From contig NC_042997.1 in assembly GCF_006345805.1 (NCBI RefSeq), positions 81,158,001 through 81,222,000 of the forward strand: a stretch of DNA of 64,000 nt, read 5' to 3'. How positions within the stretch are numbered: position 1 is the first letter of the stretch; each line of letters starts with the position of its first letter. A program made the position numbers and the translations under genes. This document shows positions 52,615-64,000 of the stretch, piece after piece. The DNA is from Octopus sinensis (taxonomy: Eukaryota). The notes beneath the pieces were generated by a model that saw only the letters and a program-made list of their open reading frames with translations, was not told the DNA's origin and made no database searches.

Positions 52615-53342
52615 TTATCTGTGTTTGTGATTGTGCCTGTGTTTGTCCCCACCACCACCATTGCTTGAGAACTGATGTTGGTATGTTTGCATCCCTATAA
52701 CTTAGCTGTTCAGTAGAAGAGACTGATAGAATAAGCATCAGGCTTACAGGGAATAAGTCCCAAGTAGTGCTCCAGCATGGCCACCATCAAATGACTGAAA
52801 CAAGTAAAAGAATAAAAGAATACAAGAAAAACGTTCCATACGTTTGAATATGTCCAATGTATTTTAAAGCTAAATAGTAATTCTGTTTATGTTTGCGTAA
52901 CAGATATTTTGGTTGGATTATATAGTTGTCGGTTTTGCACTTCTTTCTATACTCTGTAACTGCTGCAATATACTTTTCCACTATAGACACAAGTCCTGAT
53001 TTTTTTTTGGTTGGTGGGGGAGGGCCAGTTGAATAGATTGACCCCTGTACGCAACTGGTACTTAATTTATCGACCCTGAAAGAATGAAAGGCAAAGTTGA
53101 CCTCAGCAGAATTTGAACTCAGAACATAAAGACTGACGAAATGCTGCTTAGCATTTCGCCCGACATGCTGATGATTCTGCCAGCTTGCCATCTTTAACTG
53201 TCACAATATAGAAACATTTGTCATGGCACCGTCACACAATTTACAGACGCTAATATTTTTTATATTCATCAGGTGTCTTTAGGAAGTAGAACCTGGGTTT
53301 TACTTTCTAAAGTATTTTTCGATCTTTTTATTATTATTATTA

Positions 53343-53387
<45 letters not shown>

Positions 53388-54091
53388 TCACTGCCTGGAA
53401 TCAAACTCGGGATCTTGGGGTTAGTAACCCATGCTCTTAACCACAACGCCATATGCCCATGGGCAATTGTGGAGTGAATTTTAAGGCTTATAAATCTAAT
53501 ATTTTCCTATCCTTCCTTAATACCGGTTCCCATATGCTATTCATATCTGCACTCGGTCTGCTTAGGAGGTTGTTGTGTCCTAACATATGTGCTGCTTCTT
53601 TTAGTTTTCGTATTTTCCAGTGGTGTTCTCTGTCTATTATTTTAACTTCATCCTACAGGGGGAGGTGGTCTCAACACTTCACAAATATCTCCTCTGGGAA
53701 AACCACCAATAGAAGAGAATATGACCAAAAACTGCGTGTACTCCATCCCATGCAGCTGCGGTAGGTTATACAAAGGCAAAACATGCCACTCCCTCAAAAT
53801 AAGGGTAGACAAACATCACAAAGCTGTGACATGAGGACATATTGATAAATCGGGTATAGCTGATCATGTATGGAAAAATGGAGACCACTTCTCCCTGTGG
53901 GATGAAATCAAAATAATAAGAGAACACCACTGGAAACTACGAAAACTGAAAGAAGCAGCACATATGCTAGGACACAACAACCTCCTAAGCAGACTGAGTG
54001 CAAATATGAATAGCATATGGGAACCGGTATTAAGGAAGGATAGGAAAATATTAGATTTGTAAGCCCTAAAATTCACTCCATATTTGCCCAT

Positions 54092-54160
54092 GGACATATG
54101 GTGTAGTGGTTAAGAGTGCAAGCTACTAACACCAAGATTCTGAGTTTGATTCCAGGCAGT
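54092..54160 (+). ncRNA. tRNA-like (pseudo-tRNA/SINE head) sequence in the PLE 3' UTR; mirror at about 53391-53462
   Basis: The consensus of the two arms has A-box-like tggcgtagtggttaa, anticodon-like hairpin ggg-ctactaa-ccc and B-box-like gagtttgattcc; no acceptor stem. Confidence 0.6.
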
Positions 54161-54254
54161 AATGAATAATAATAATAATAATAATAATAATGATAACAAC
54201 AACAAGATCGAAAAATACCTTAGGAATGAGAACCTAGGTTTGAAATTTCCCCAA

Positions 54255-54300
54255 GATACCTGATGAAGGCTGGAGGACATATCAGCCAAAACGTTGTGTT
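54255..54300 (+). ncRNA. Minimal PLE-type hammerhead motif, degenerate (G12A)
   Basis: gatac-CTGATGA-a-ggctg/cagcc-aaaac-gtt-gtgtt with palindromic aacgtt; the mirror arm stops right after ctgatgaa at 53265. Confidence 0.65.
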
Positions 54301-54439
54301 AACAACAAATAAGATGAGGTTAAATGTAAATAATGTAAATAATATACATAATTCCTCATCTCTTAAATATAGAACTGTATTTTTTATATTGTCTGTGAAT
54401 TTTTCATGGGCCTAGCTAATACCTCTCTTGAAATTGCTC

Positions 54440-56580
54440 AATGATGTACAATATGGCTATAAAATGTTTGATAAGAGTATAAATCATCTCTTTTATATGG
54501 ATGATTTAAAGCTCTTTGCAAAAAATGACTAACAACTACAGGGATTACTAGCAATTGTTAAACAATTCAGTGATGTCATCAGGATGCAATCTGGCCTCAA
54601 TAAATATGCTAAAGCTACCTTTATCAAAGGAAAAATGACAGAAACATCCAATGTTAATCTTGACCAGCAGAATGCCATACAGGAGTTATAACCAGTGGAG
54701 AGCTACAAATACCTAGGGGTATTTAAAAGTAATGAAATCAAACATTCAATGATGAGGGAAAGGATCAGAAGAGAATGTTATCAAAAGGTAAGGGCAAGAC
54801 AGAGCTGAATGCAAGAAATAGGATTGAAGCGATCAATACTTTATCCATACCACTTGTGACTTACAATTTCAATATCATTAACTGGTCAATTACTGAAATA
54901 TGTAATCTTGACAGAAAAATACGAAAATTGCTGACAATGTAACAATTTTACCTGCCAAGAAAAGAGGGTGGCCATGGACTTTTACAACTGGAATTAACAA
55001 TGAAGATTGCCACAATTGGCCTAAACACCAAACTGAAAAACTCTAATGACTGAATGTTAAAACTTGTCTTAAAGCATGGAAACAAAAAAGCATCATACCC
55101 AGTAACAAAATAGGCAAAGGAATATCTAAGTGAATTCTAAATGCAACAAATCTCAGAATTGGACATACTGGAAACAAGCACAGAAAACACTAAGTATATG
55201 AAAACTTGTGCTAAAACTGCTGCCTTAGATATTCTTAGTGATAAATGGCAAGAAAAATCTCTTAATGGCAAATACCCAAAGAGAGCTAATAATGCTGATG
55301 TTGACAAAACCCTTACTCATCAATGGTTAGTGTCTTCTGACTTAAAATCAGAAACAGAAGGGTTTATCATAGCAGCCCAGTATCAATGCCTACCTACAAG
55401 GAGCTACCAGGCCAACATATTAAAGAATGGCAGTAGCCCAACGTGTCATGTATATAAACGACAAAATGAAACCATTGATCATATTGTCTCCATATGCAGT
55501 CTTCTTGTGCCTACAGAGTATCTCAACAGGCATAATAGAGCAGCACAGTATATTCACTGGGTAATTTGCAAAAACCTGGACCTGCCCCATCATAAAAACT
55601 GGTGGGAACTCAAACCACCACCAGTGCTTGAAAATGATCACATCTCACTCCTCTGGAACTTCACCATTCAAACTGACAGAAAGAGGCTTGCAATACGCAA
55701 AAATATACCCTTATAAGATATGGATTCTTAATACTGAAAAAGAAGAGAAGGTGGAGGGGATTAATAAGTGCAAAGGAGGTTGTATAATTAAACAGAACAA
55801 GTCTAGGGTTGTATATAAGGTACAAACGAAACAGGAAAAAATAACAAGGAAACAGGAAAAATGTTGCAAAACAGTTAGTCAAACTTTGAAGAAAAGAAGT
55901 TTCATTCAGTGTTTCTTCAAAGAAACAAAACAAGTAAGGAACAGCAATGTCATCTGGCTATGGTTAAAGAAAGGATTACTAAAGAGAGAGTTAGAAGGAT
56001 TGATTTTAGCCACTCAAGAACACGCTATGAGAATATTCTGGATTAAGAGAATGATAGATGAGAAGGACTGGTCACCCAAATACTGAATGTGCCTTGTATC
56101 AGAATTCTAGTTTAAAATGAATACAGAAGAGCATAGGCATGTTAAAACAGTGGCAATAATTCTCTGGTACTTTTACAAGTGGTTTGATCTTTCATGTACA
56201 GGAAAGGGTTATGACCTTTCTATGAGAATAGAAATGAAAGTCTTTGAAAATGATGAAGTGAGGTTGTTATAGGATTTTCCATACAAAACGAAAGGTGAAT
56301 GGAGCACATACTAGATATTGTAGTCAAGAAATTGATGTGGAATGACTATCTGATACCCAAGCCAACAAAAAAGAACAAAATTAGAATATTATAGTGACTT
56401 GAATAATGGAGTTCTCAGAGAAGTTGACAAGATCAAGATCTTGCCAATTATCTTTGGGACTGTGAGAATTGTGAAGAATTTGAGAATAAATTTGAGAATG
56501 GTTGACTGTCTTGATATAGGAGTAGGTGCATAGCAGATATTTGGATCAAGAAGAATTATTTAGAAAGTCTTTGATATAAA
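54440..56580 (+). mobile_element. Decayed R4-type RT/RLE fragments, probably two elements
   Basis: INHLFYMDDLKL at about 54480, YKYLG, KWQEKSLNGKY, LKSETEGFIIAAQ and ETIDHIVSIC; a second LKRELEGLILATQE at about 55980. Confidence 0.8.
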
Positions 56581-57551
56581 GAAAAGACAGATATAAACTG
56601 TTTGGAAGAACCTTGATAAGAAAAGGGACAAAAATGCCTCACATTGTAGACCATACAATAGGATACATAAATAAAAAATATGAACAATTACAAACCCTAA
56701 ATGGGAAAATAAACAAAAAAGTTATAGAGCAATGTAAATCATCTCTTAATCATCGTTTAACATCCGCTTTCCATGCTAGCATGGGTTGGACGATTTGACT
56801 GAGGGCTGGCAAATCAGATGGCTGCACCAGGCTCCAATCTTGATCTAGCAGAGTTTCTACAGCTGAATGCCCTTCCTAATGCCAACCACTCCGAGAGTGT
56901 AGTGGGTGCTTTTACGTGCCACCAGCACATATTTTTCCTTCTAAAACTACTTGACTGGTACTTATATTGTTCCCAAAAGGATGAAAGGCAAAGTTGATTT
57001 CTGCAGGATTTGAATTCAGAATGTAAAGAATCGGAAGAGATACCACTCAGCATTTTGTCTGATATGCTAACAATTCTGTCAGCTCCCCACCCAAATGATA
57101 ATGATGGTGACGATGATAACGATAATAATAATAATCATCATCATCATCGTTTAACGTATGGTTTCCATGCTAGCATGGGTTGGACGATTTTGACTGAGGG
57201 CTGGCAAACCAGATGGCTGCACCAGGCTCCAATCTTGATCTGGCAGAGTTTCTATAGCTGGATGCCCTTCCTAACACCAATATTAATTACAATAATAATA
57301 ATAATCCTTTCAACTATAGGCATAAAGTTTGAAATTTTGGTGGAAAGGGATAGCTGATTACATTGACCCAGTGCTCAACTCACACTCATTTTATCGACAC
57401 CACCCCGCTCCAAGGAAGAAAGGCAAAATTAACTGCAACAGAATTTGAACTCAGAACATAAGATTGACAAAATGCAGCTAAGCATTTTTCTCAGCATGCT
57501 AACAGTTCTACTAGCTCCCCAAACCAATACTACTACTACTACTACTACTAC

Positions 57552-57593
<42 letters not shown>

Positions 57594-57632
57594 TAATAAT
57601 AATAATAAATAATAATAATAATAATAATAATG

Positions 57633-57669
<37 letters not shown>

Positions 57670-57673
<4 letters not shown>

Positions 57674-58150
57674 GTAGTTATATCTACTGGACAATATGTA
57701 AACACTACAACATTAAAACTAACAATAAATGGTATAAACATGTGCCAAACAAGGTACAAGACAGTGACCAGGCCACAATCATCTGGGATACACTGGTTCA
57801 AACCAACAAAGAAATAAAAGCTAATCATCCAGACATAATAATCAAGGATTGGGGAAAAAAACACCTGCTTACTGATAGACATTGCAGTCCCGTCTGATCA
57901 AAATATTGTCCAAAAAGAAGTAGAGAAATTTTCAAAGTACAAAAACCTTGAAATTGAAGTATTTAAGACATAGGGCATAAAGGTGGAAACAATACCAATA
58001 ATAATTGGAGCATTGGGTATAATAAAAAAAAACATATGAATAAAAATGTTGAAGCTACACTGGGATCCTCAACACTACACACTGTCCTAAAAATAGCCCT
58101 CCTAGTACCAGCCTACATCCTATGCAAAACACTATCCATTCAGTAATATA
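57670..58150 (+). mobile_element. R4-type RLE C-terminal fragment following (AAT)n
   Basis: YIYWTICKHYNIK..NKWYKH, IWD..VQTNKEIKANHPDII and LLIDIAVP remnants. Confidence 0.75.
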
Positions 58151-58444
58151 ACCTAAACAAAACAATCCACAAACACAAGACACATTTCATATAGCATTTA
58201 TCCAATGAAATAAACTTCCACCAGCAACCCTAAAACTAACAAATTACACACTCAACACACAATACAAACAGTAATACAACAAAAGACTGCACCACACCTC
58301 AAGAGAAAAAAATCTGATGCAATACAATACCAGGAAGAGTTTGCACACTCACAACAGAAAAGAACATACATTGCTGCACACACCCCAGCAACATAGAAGT
58401 GTAGTAAGTGATGCAGTAGAAATTTTCCTGAAACTACTAAATGT

Positions 58445-58577
58445 TGAAGAAGAAGAAGAAGAAGAAGAAGAAGAAGAAGAAGAAGAAGAAGAAGAAGAAG
58501 AAGAAGAAGAAGAAGAAGAAGAAGAAGAAGAAGAAGAAGAAGAAGAAGAAGAAGAAGAAGAAGAAGAAGAAGAAGAA
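58445..58577. repeat. (GAA)n microsatellite, about 44 units
   Basis: Direct reading. Confidence 0.97.
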
Positions 58578-59340
58578 TGGCAAGTATGTGGCCCATAGCA
58601 AACAAGCTGATGTCAACCAGAAACACACACACCAATAGTTACGAAGCTCAGGGCTAAAAGCAGAGAGTGAAGGTTTCATATTAGTTGCTCAAGACCAAAG
58701 CTTATTAACCTGGAACTACCAAGCCAATGTGATAAAAAAATGGAGCTGACCCAAAATGTCGATCATGTAACATTGAGATTGAATCTATAGACCACCTAAT
58801 CTCAGGGTGTAGTCTTAGCACCTGTAGAATATAAAGCAAGACATGACAGAGTCGGCCAGTATTTACACTAGACAATATGTCAGCATTATAAAATCAAAAC
58901 CGCTGACAAATGGTATAAACACCATCCTGAAGCTGTGACTGAGGGAGAAAATGTGTCGATTCTATGGGACTTCCCCATACATACCAACAAAACTATAAAA
59001 GCTAATAAACCAGATATTATTATAAAAGATCAGACGAAAAAGGTGTGTTTATTAATTAACATGAGTATTCTTTGCGATCACAATATAGCGGCAAAAGAAT
59101 TTGACAAGATCAGTAAATATAAAGACTTGCTAATAGAAATTGAAAAAAATGTGGCATATCAAGGTGACTACTGTACCAGTGATTGTAGGATCTCTAGGAA
59201 TGATAAAAAAAAGTACTGAAAATGATACCAGGCTTACCATCCCTACAGGAGGTGCAAAACATTGTGTTAACTGGAACAGCTCATGTACTGAGAAGAGCAT
59301 TATCGCTGTGAAAACAACATCCATTCATGAATTTATTTAT
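58575..59340 (+). mobile_element. 5'-truncated relative of the 18766-23792 R4/Dong family
   Basis: GKYVAHSKQADVNQKHTHQ and TEGENVSILWDFPIHTNKTIKANKPDII align with the 22870-23620 segment. Confidence 0.88.
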
Positions 59341-59569
59341 TTATTAATTTTTTAAATACATATTTTACCTGTGAATTTGCATGTGTAATCTGGGAATGCA
59401 TTTGTACCTACCCTTACCTATGGTCATAAATCTTGCATAATGACCAAAAGAATACTATCACGACTAAAAGTGGCTGTGGTGGGGTTTCCTCTGAAAGGTC
59501 TTCAGAGTAACGTCCCTTAATAGAGTGCATAGCTCAGAGATCAGAGATACTCCAAATGAGTCACTACTT

Positions 59570-59830
59570 CTCTGAATTGAGAGATCCCAGTTTCAATACT
59601 GTACAAATGTGGTAAGAATGTCTTGGAAAAGAATCACTGGATAGGTTTTATGAGCAAAACCATCCAGCAGGTGACCTAGGAGTAGATAATGAACAAGATG
59701 GGTGGATAATATCCTTGAGTTTGGTTGGTCTCACTTGAGAGCAATTGGACAGGACCTGATAGAATGCATGCTTTGGGACTCTACCCTCACAACACTCCCC
59801 AGAATAAATGAGCAAAGATGAGATGGGATG
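59570..59830 (+). mobile_element. Probable RTE-type LINE 3' fragment
   Basis: Decayed GR.RTRWVDNI..L.WS.L-like translation; weak. Confidence 0.4.
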
Positions 59831-61862
59831 AAATTTAAACATAAGGCTAGTAATATCAAGGAGAGGGATTTAGTTGATACCATCAATCAGCACCACTCAC
59901 TGCTTCACTGGTTCTCTATTTCTTTTGAAAAGGTTTTATGTATATTCAAAGTAAAAATATAATTAAATTAACTAAAACTGAATGGACACTTGAAAATAGA
60001 GAGGCAAACAAATGAATACATACATATATTATCTGTTTAATAACCTTTGCACAAAAAAATAATTCTCTTTATATCTACAAGTTGTTATTTTGAATATTAT
60101 TATTACTACTATAGTGCTCATCTCTATAAGTTAATTTAAATTGTTTTTATTGTGAATTTTGTGTTTTTGAGTTCTTTCGTAAAGATTTTTTACAGAATAA
60201 AAGAGAAAAACAAAAATAAAAAACAGTGAAATTCTAAAATTTTCGTCTTCCGTATTTCTTCCCTGAGTTGTGGTGCCGGCGGTGGAAGTCTAGGCGGTGT
60301 TACTGCTGCTGCTGTTGTTGTTGTTGTTGGTGGTGGTAGTGGTGGTACCACTAATGCATTTGTATGAAGAAGACAATGAAACCTGTTGAGATTTTTGATA
60401 AACAAAATTTTATCCTTTCCATACACAAAAACAAATGTCGTTATTATAAATGACAAAATGTCAATAGAGTTTTGAATGTCATTGTTCTTGATGTCATTGT
60501 AACAGTTGATAAAGTGTAGCTTGCCATGTTACAGACATCTTATGTCTTTCATCCCCCAACTGTTCATTACCTTTATGCTACATATTCCTCATCCAGAATC
60601 AGCACAACAATGTATGATAACAGTATACTTTTTGAATTACAAGTATAATCCACTCAATGGGATTCTTTCAGCTTCTATCTTCCCTATTTCACTTATAAAA
60701 TAGTGGTCAACCCAAAGTTATAAAAAATAACTTTCTCTGAAGGTGACACATTGTGAGATTGAACCTGGGACTTTATGGTTGCAAACTGAACCTCTTAATC
60801 ATTCATTCACACAGTGTACTTACTCCCCTTGTAGTATATGAGGGGTTAATCTTTAAGTGTATATGAAGTCAATCTTTTATAATTCCAGTCACATCAATGA
60901 TGTTCCAGCAGTGACCATATTGTCTTTTTATTTCTGACATTGTATTTCTAGGACTATAGTACCAAATGTGTCATTCCCTTTGTGATTTGAGGGAGATTTG
61001 CTGCTATTTCTAGCAAGGCGAATGATCATTAAATTAATGCTAATGGTGCTGTTGTTGTTGTTGTTTGGCCTCAAGCCAGACTTGATTGAGGGGGTCTATC
61101 ATGAAAACAGTAATCTAGCCTTAAACCATTCTCACTTTCTTTTTAAACAGATGATGCGGACACTGTCATTTTTGTTATTGATGATGATGGCAACAGTGAT
61201 AACAAAGATGATGATGATGATGGTGATGACGATAATGATGGCAATGACAATGACAACAACGACAATGATGATGAAAGCACCACTGTCAATGATAATAATG
61301 ATAATGAGAAGAGTGGCAACAACACTGATGGTATTGTGTTGAGTAACATCTGTCAGTGCTACTCCTTCAGGCCTTTTGAATTAATTTGGTAAATCCAACT
61401 TTAAGAATGTTGATGAGCTGCATTAAAAATACAAAAACCTGAGTTCAAAACTGGCCTGAGGAAGATTAAACCCAGGGCAGTCAACAATGATGGCAGAATT
61501 GACTGATTAGAACAGTGTCCAACCTACAAAACTTTGAAAAGTGGCAGTAATAATTCAGAAAATTAAGAAATTAAATCACACATGCACTCCTACTATCTCT
61601 CCTTTCTGGTTGTTTATATTTTGCCCCATTTCATTTCTCAACATCATATTTCCAAATTAATCCAGTTTTTATTAATAAGTTTTTACTAATATTTTTTAAA
61701 TATTTTTAAAAATTACCAAATAAATAAAATTTATGTCTCCTACTTAGATTTGGGCACTACATGCTATAATAGTTTGCAGATCTAAAAATGCTAACTTCTT
61801 GTAATGATATCAAAATTGGGTCAGACATTGCAGTAAGTTTAGGTCAAGGGTTATAACAACAC

Positions 61863-61916
<54 letters not shown>

Positions 61917-62853
61917 AAAATCAATTACAGACTGGACACATTTTTTTATATTTTGGCAAGTCAGAGACAATTTAATAACTTTTATTATGCTGAAATACCA
62001 AAGTATTTTTGTGAGTTCTATCTTTAAAAATAATTGCCTTTGAAATGATGAATTTTCTTTTAATTCAATCTCAAATGATTGAATTATAAAAGGCATCATT
62101 GTTATTTCTTCATTGCTGCTGTTATTGCCACAAATAGTAGTGGTGGTGGTAATTGTGTTACTGATGTGGTGATGGCAGGGTGATGACGGTTGGTGATACA
62201 AACAAGTATGAGTATGATGGTGATTACTGATTATATAGATTATGTTTTAACAGAGTATTTCTATATATAAATTCAATCAAGTGTGTTTTGTCCTGTTTCA
62301 TTCAATAAGCCCTATTTCCCAATATGTCAGACAATCAAGCCAAGCCACCTTCAGGTTCCTACTTTCCAGTCTTAATTTACTTCTGCAAGACATATAAACT
62401 TTATGATGACATCTTTGATTTTTAAATCTATTTCCAAGTCTCAGACATATAAATAATGGTTAACTGGTTTGCTATGCAGTAAATTCCACTCAATCCTTCG
62501 AAATTATTTCAATCACAAATGCCATTCTCACGCACATACACATACACATCACATACATACATACATACATACATACATACATACATACATACATACATAC
62601 ATACATACATACGCACATACATATGTACATATGTATGTATGTACATATGTACACACACACATACATACATACATAAGTGTAAAATTAATAACATAGATTT
62701 GGAAAATCTTTTCTTCTTTTTGTTTTTTATATTTACTTTTTGGTATATGCGTGAGAGTGTGAGTATATATTAATATGAACAATTACATACATTCATACAT
62801 ACATGTATATATATGAACACACACACACACATATATATGAATGTATATGCATA

Positions 62854-62903
<50 letters not shown>

Positions 62904-64000
62904 TATATATATATATGTATGTATGTATGTATATATATACACACACACACACACACTCATATGCGCATGCAACAGGCCTCTTTCAGTTTCCATCTACCAA
63001 ATCCACTCACAAGGCTTTGGTCAGCCCAGAGCTATAGTAGTAAATACTTGTCCAAGGTGCAGCTTAGTGAGACTGAATCCAAGACCATATAGTTGGAAAG
63101 CAAGCTTCTTAACCACATAGCTATGGTTGTACCTATTATCATCATCATCATCATCATCATCATCATTTAACATCTGTTTTCCATGCTGGCATGGGTTGGA
63201 TAGTTTGACAGGAACTGGGAAGCTGAAGGGCTGCACCAGGCTCCAGTTTTCTGTTTTGGCATGGTTGGGTGCTTTCTATGTGGCACCAGTATGAGTGTTA
63301 TTTACATGATACCAGCACAGGTGATTTTTATGTGGCACCAACCTGGGTGCCTTTTATGTGGTGCCAACAAAGGTGCTTTTTACATGATGCCAGCACCCTT
63401 AGAATCACCAAGCAGCTTGCAAGACAAGGACACCTTGGCTAAGGGAGTGAGAGGAAATGAAAGAAGTGATCATGTGCCAGGAGAGAGGTTGGTGTATGAT
63501 AGAGGGACAGAGATAGCTGTCTTACTACAGAGGAGACATTTGAATACTCCACCTCCACCCAGTAGGACAAGGAAGGAAGGGAGGAGGAAGCTGGAGAGAA
63601 GGCTTACCCATAGGAAAGAGTGGTGGGGGAGTATAAGTGTGAGTCTCTTGTGCTAAAGTGCTAAGCTATGGGGGACATAAACATACCAACATTGGTTGTC
63701 AAGTAATGGTGGGGGTACAAACACACATACATATATACACAATGGGCTTCTTTCAGTTTCCGTCTACCAATTCCACTCACAAGGCTTTGGTTGACACAAG
63801 GCTCTAGTAGAAGACATTTGCCCAACTTGCCACATGGTGGGACTGAACCTGGAATCATATGGCTGGTAAGGAAGCTACCTATCTTACAGGCTCTCCTGCA
63901 CCTCACAGCCACTCATATATATATATATATCAAGTCACACAAGGTTGTGTTGAATAAAGTAGTGTTCTTAATAAAAGAACACAAGCATGAATGCATCCTG

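Larger units (their letters stand above)
53265..54330 (+). mobile_element. 5'-truncated Penelope-like element with inverted duplication of its 3' end
   Basis: GIY-YIG frame 53673-54062 (NCVYSIPCSCGRLYKGKT...KSGIADHVW...RKLKEAAHM, one internal stop); arms 53265-53672 and 53881-54267 are reverse-complementary. Confidence 0.9.

Noticed and set aside
54092-54160. Functional tRNA-Ser(ACT) gene
   Set aside because: No acceptor stem and embedded in a retroelement tail; treated as tRNA-like only.
59470-59520. Minus-strand CTGAAGA-cctttcagag-GAAAC
   Set aside because: Stem II register is wrong and there is no stem I or III partner.

Overview
AT-rich, microsatellite-dense animal DNA. The repeat families and composition suggest an octopus or other coleoid cephalopod (inference, not verified). 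I could not identify a host protein-coding gene; the window looks intronic or intergenic and is mostly transposon-derived. Main components: (1) a nearly intact R4/Dong-type non-LTR retrotransposon (RT plus restriction-like endonuclease, one reading frame 19934-23620 with two in-frame TGA stops) inserted in (TAA)n, plus about eight decayed relatives; (2) a mariner with intact TIRs and TA target duplication whose centre is replaced by a telomere-repeat-bearing element; (3) several Penelope-like element (PLE) relics with RT and GIY-YIG remnants; (4) many SINE/MITE copies and RTE and Gypsy fragments. The most striking signal is at least 13 type I hammerhead ribozyme (HHR) motifs, read by eye. Three look fully intact: two lie in an apparently identical 1645-bp tandem duplication (9637-12926), spaced so that cleavage would release one unit-length RNA, and one lies in a ~160-bp mini-element. 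Four long foldback inverted repeats (4633, 30882, 42926, 53265) carry back-to-back HHR motifs, mostly inactivated by CpG-type G>A changes, and one PLE tail has a tRNA-like head just upstream of its HHR. All alignments and folds were done manually; relic boundaries are approximate.
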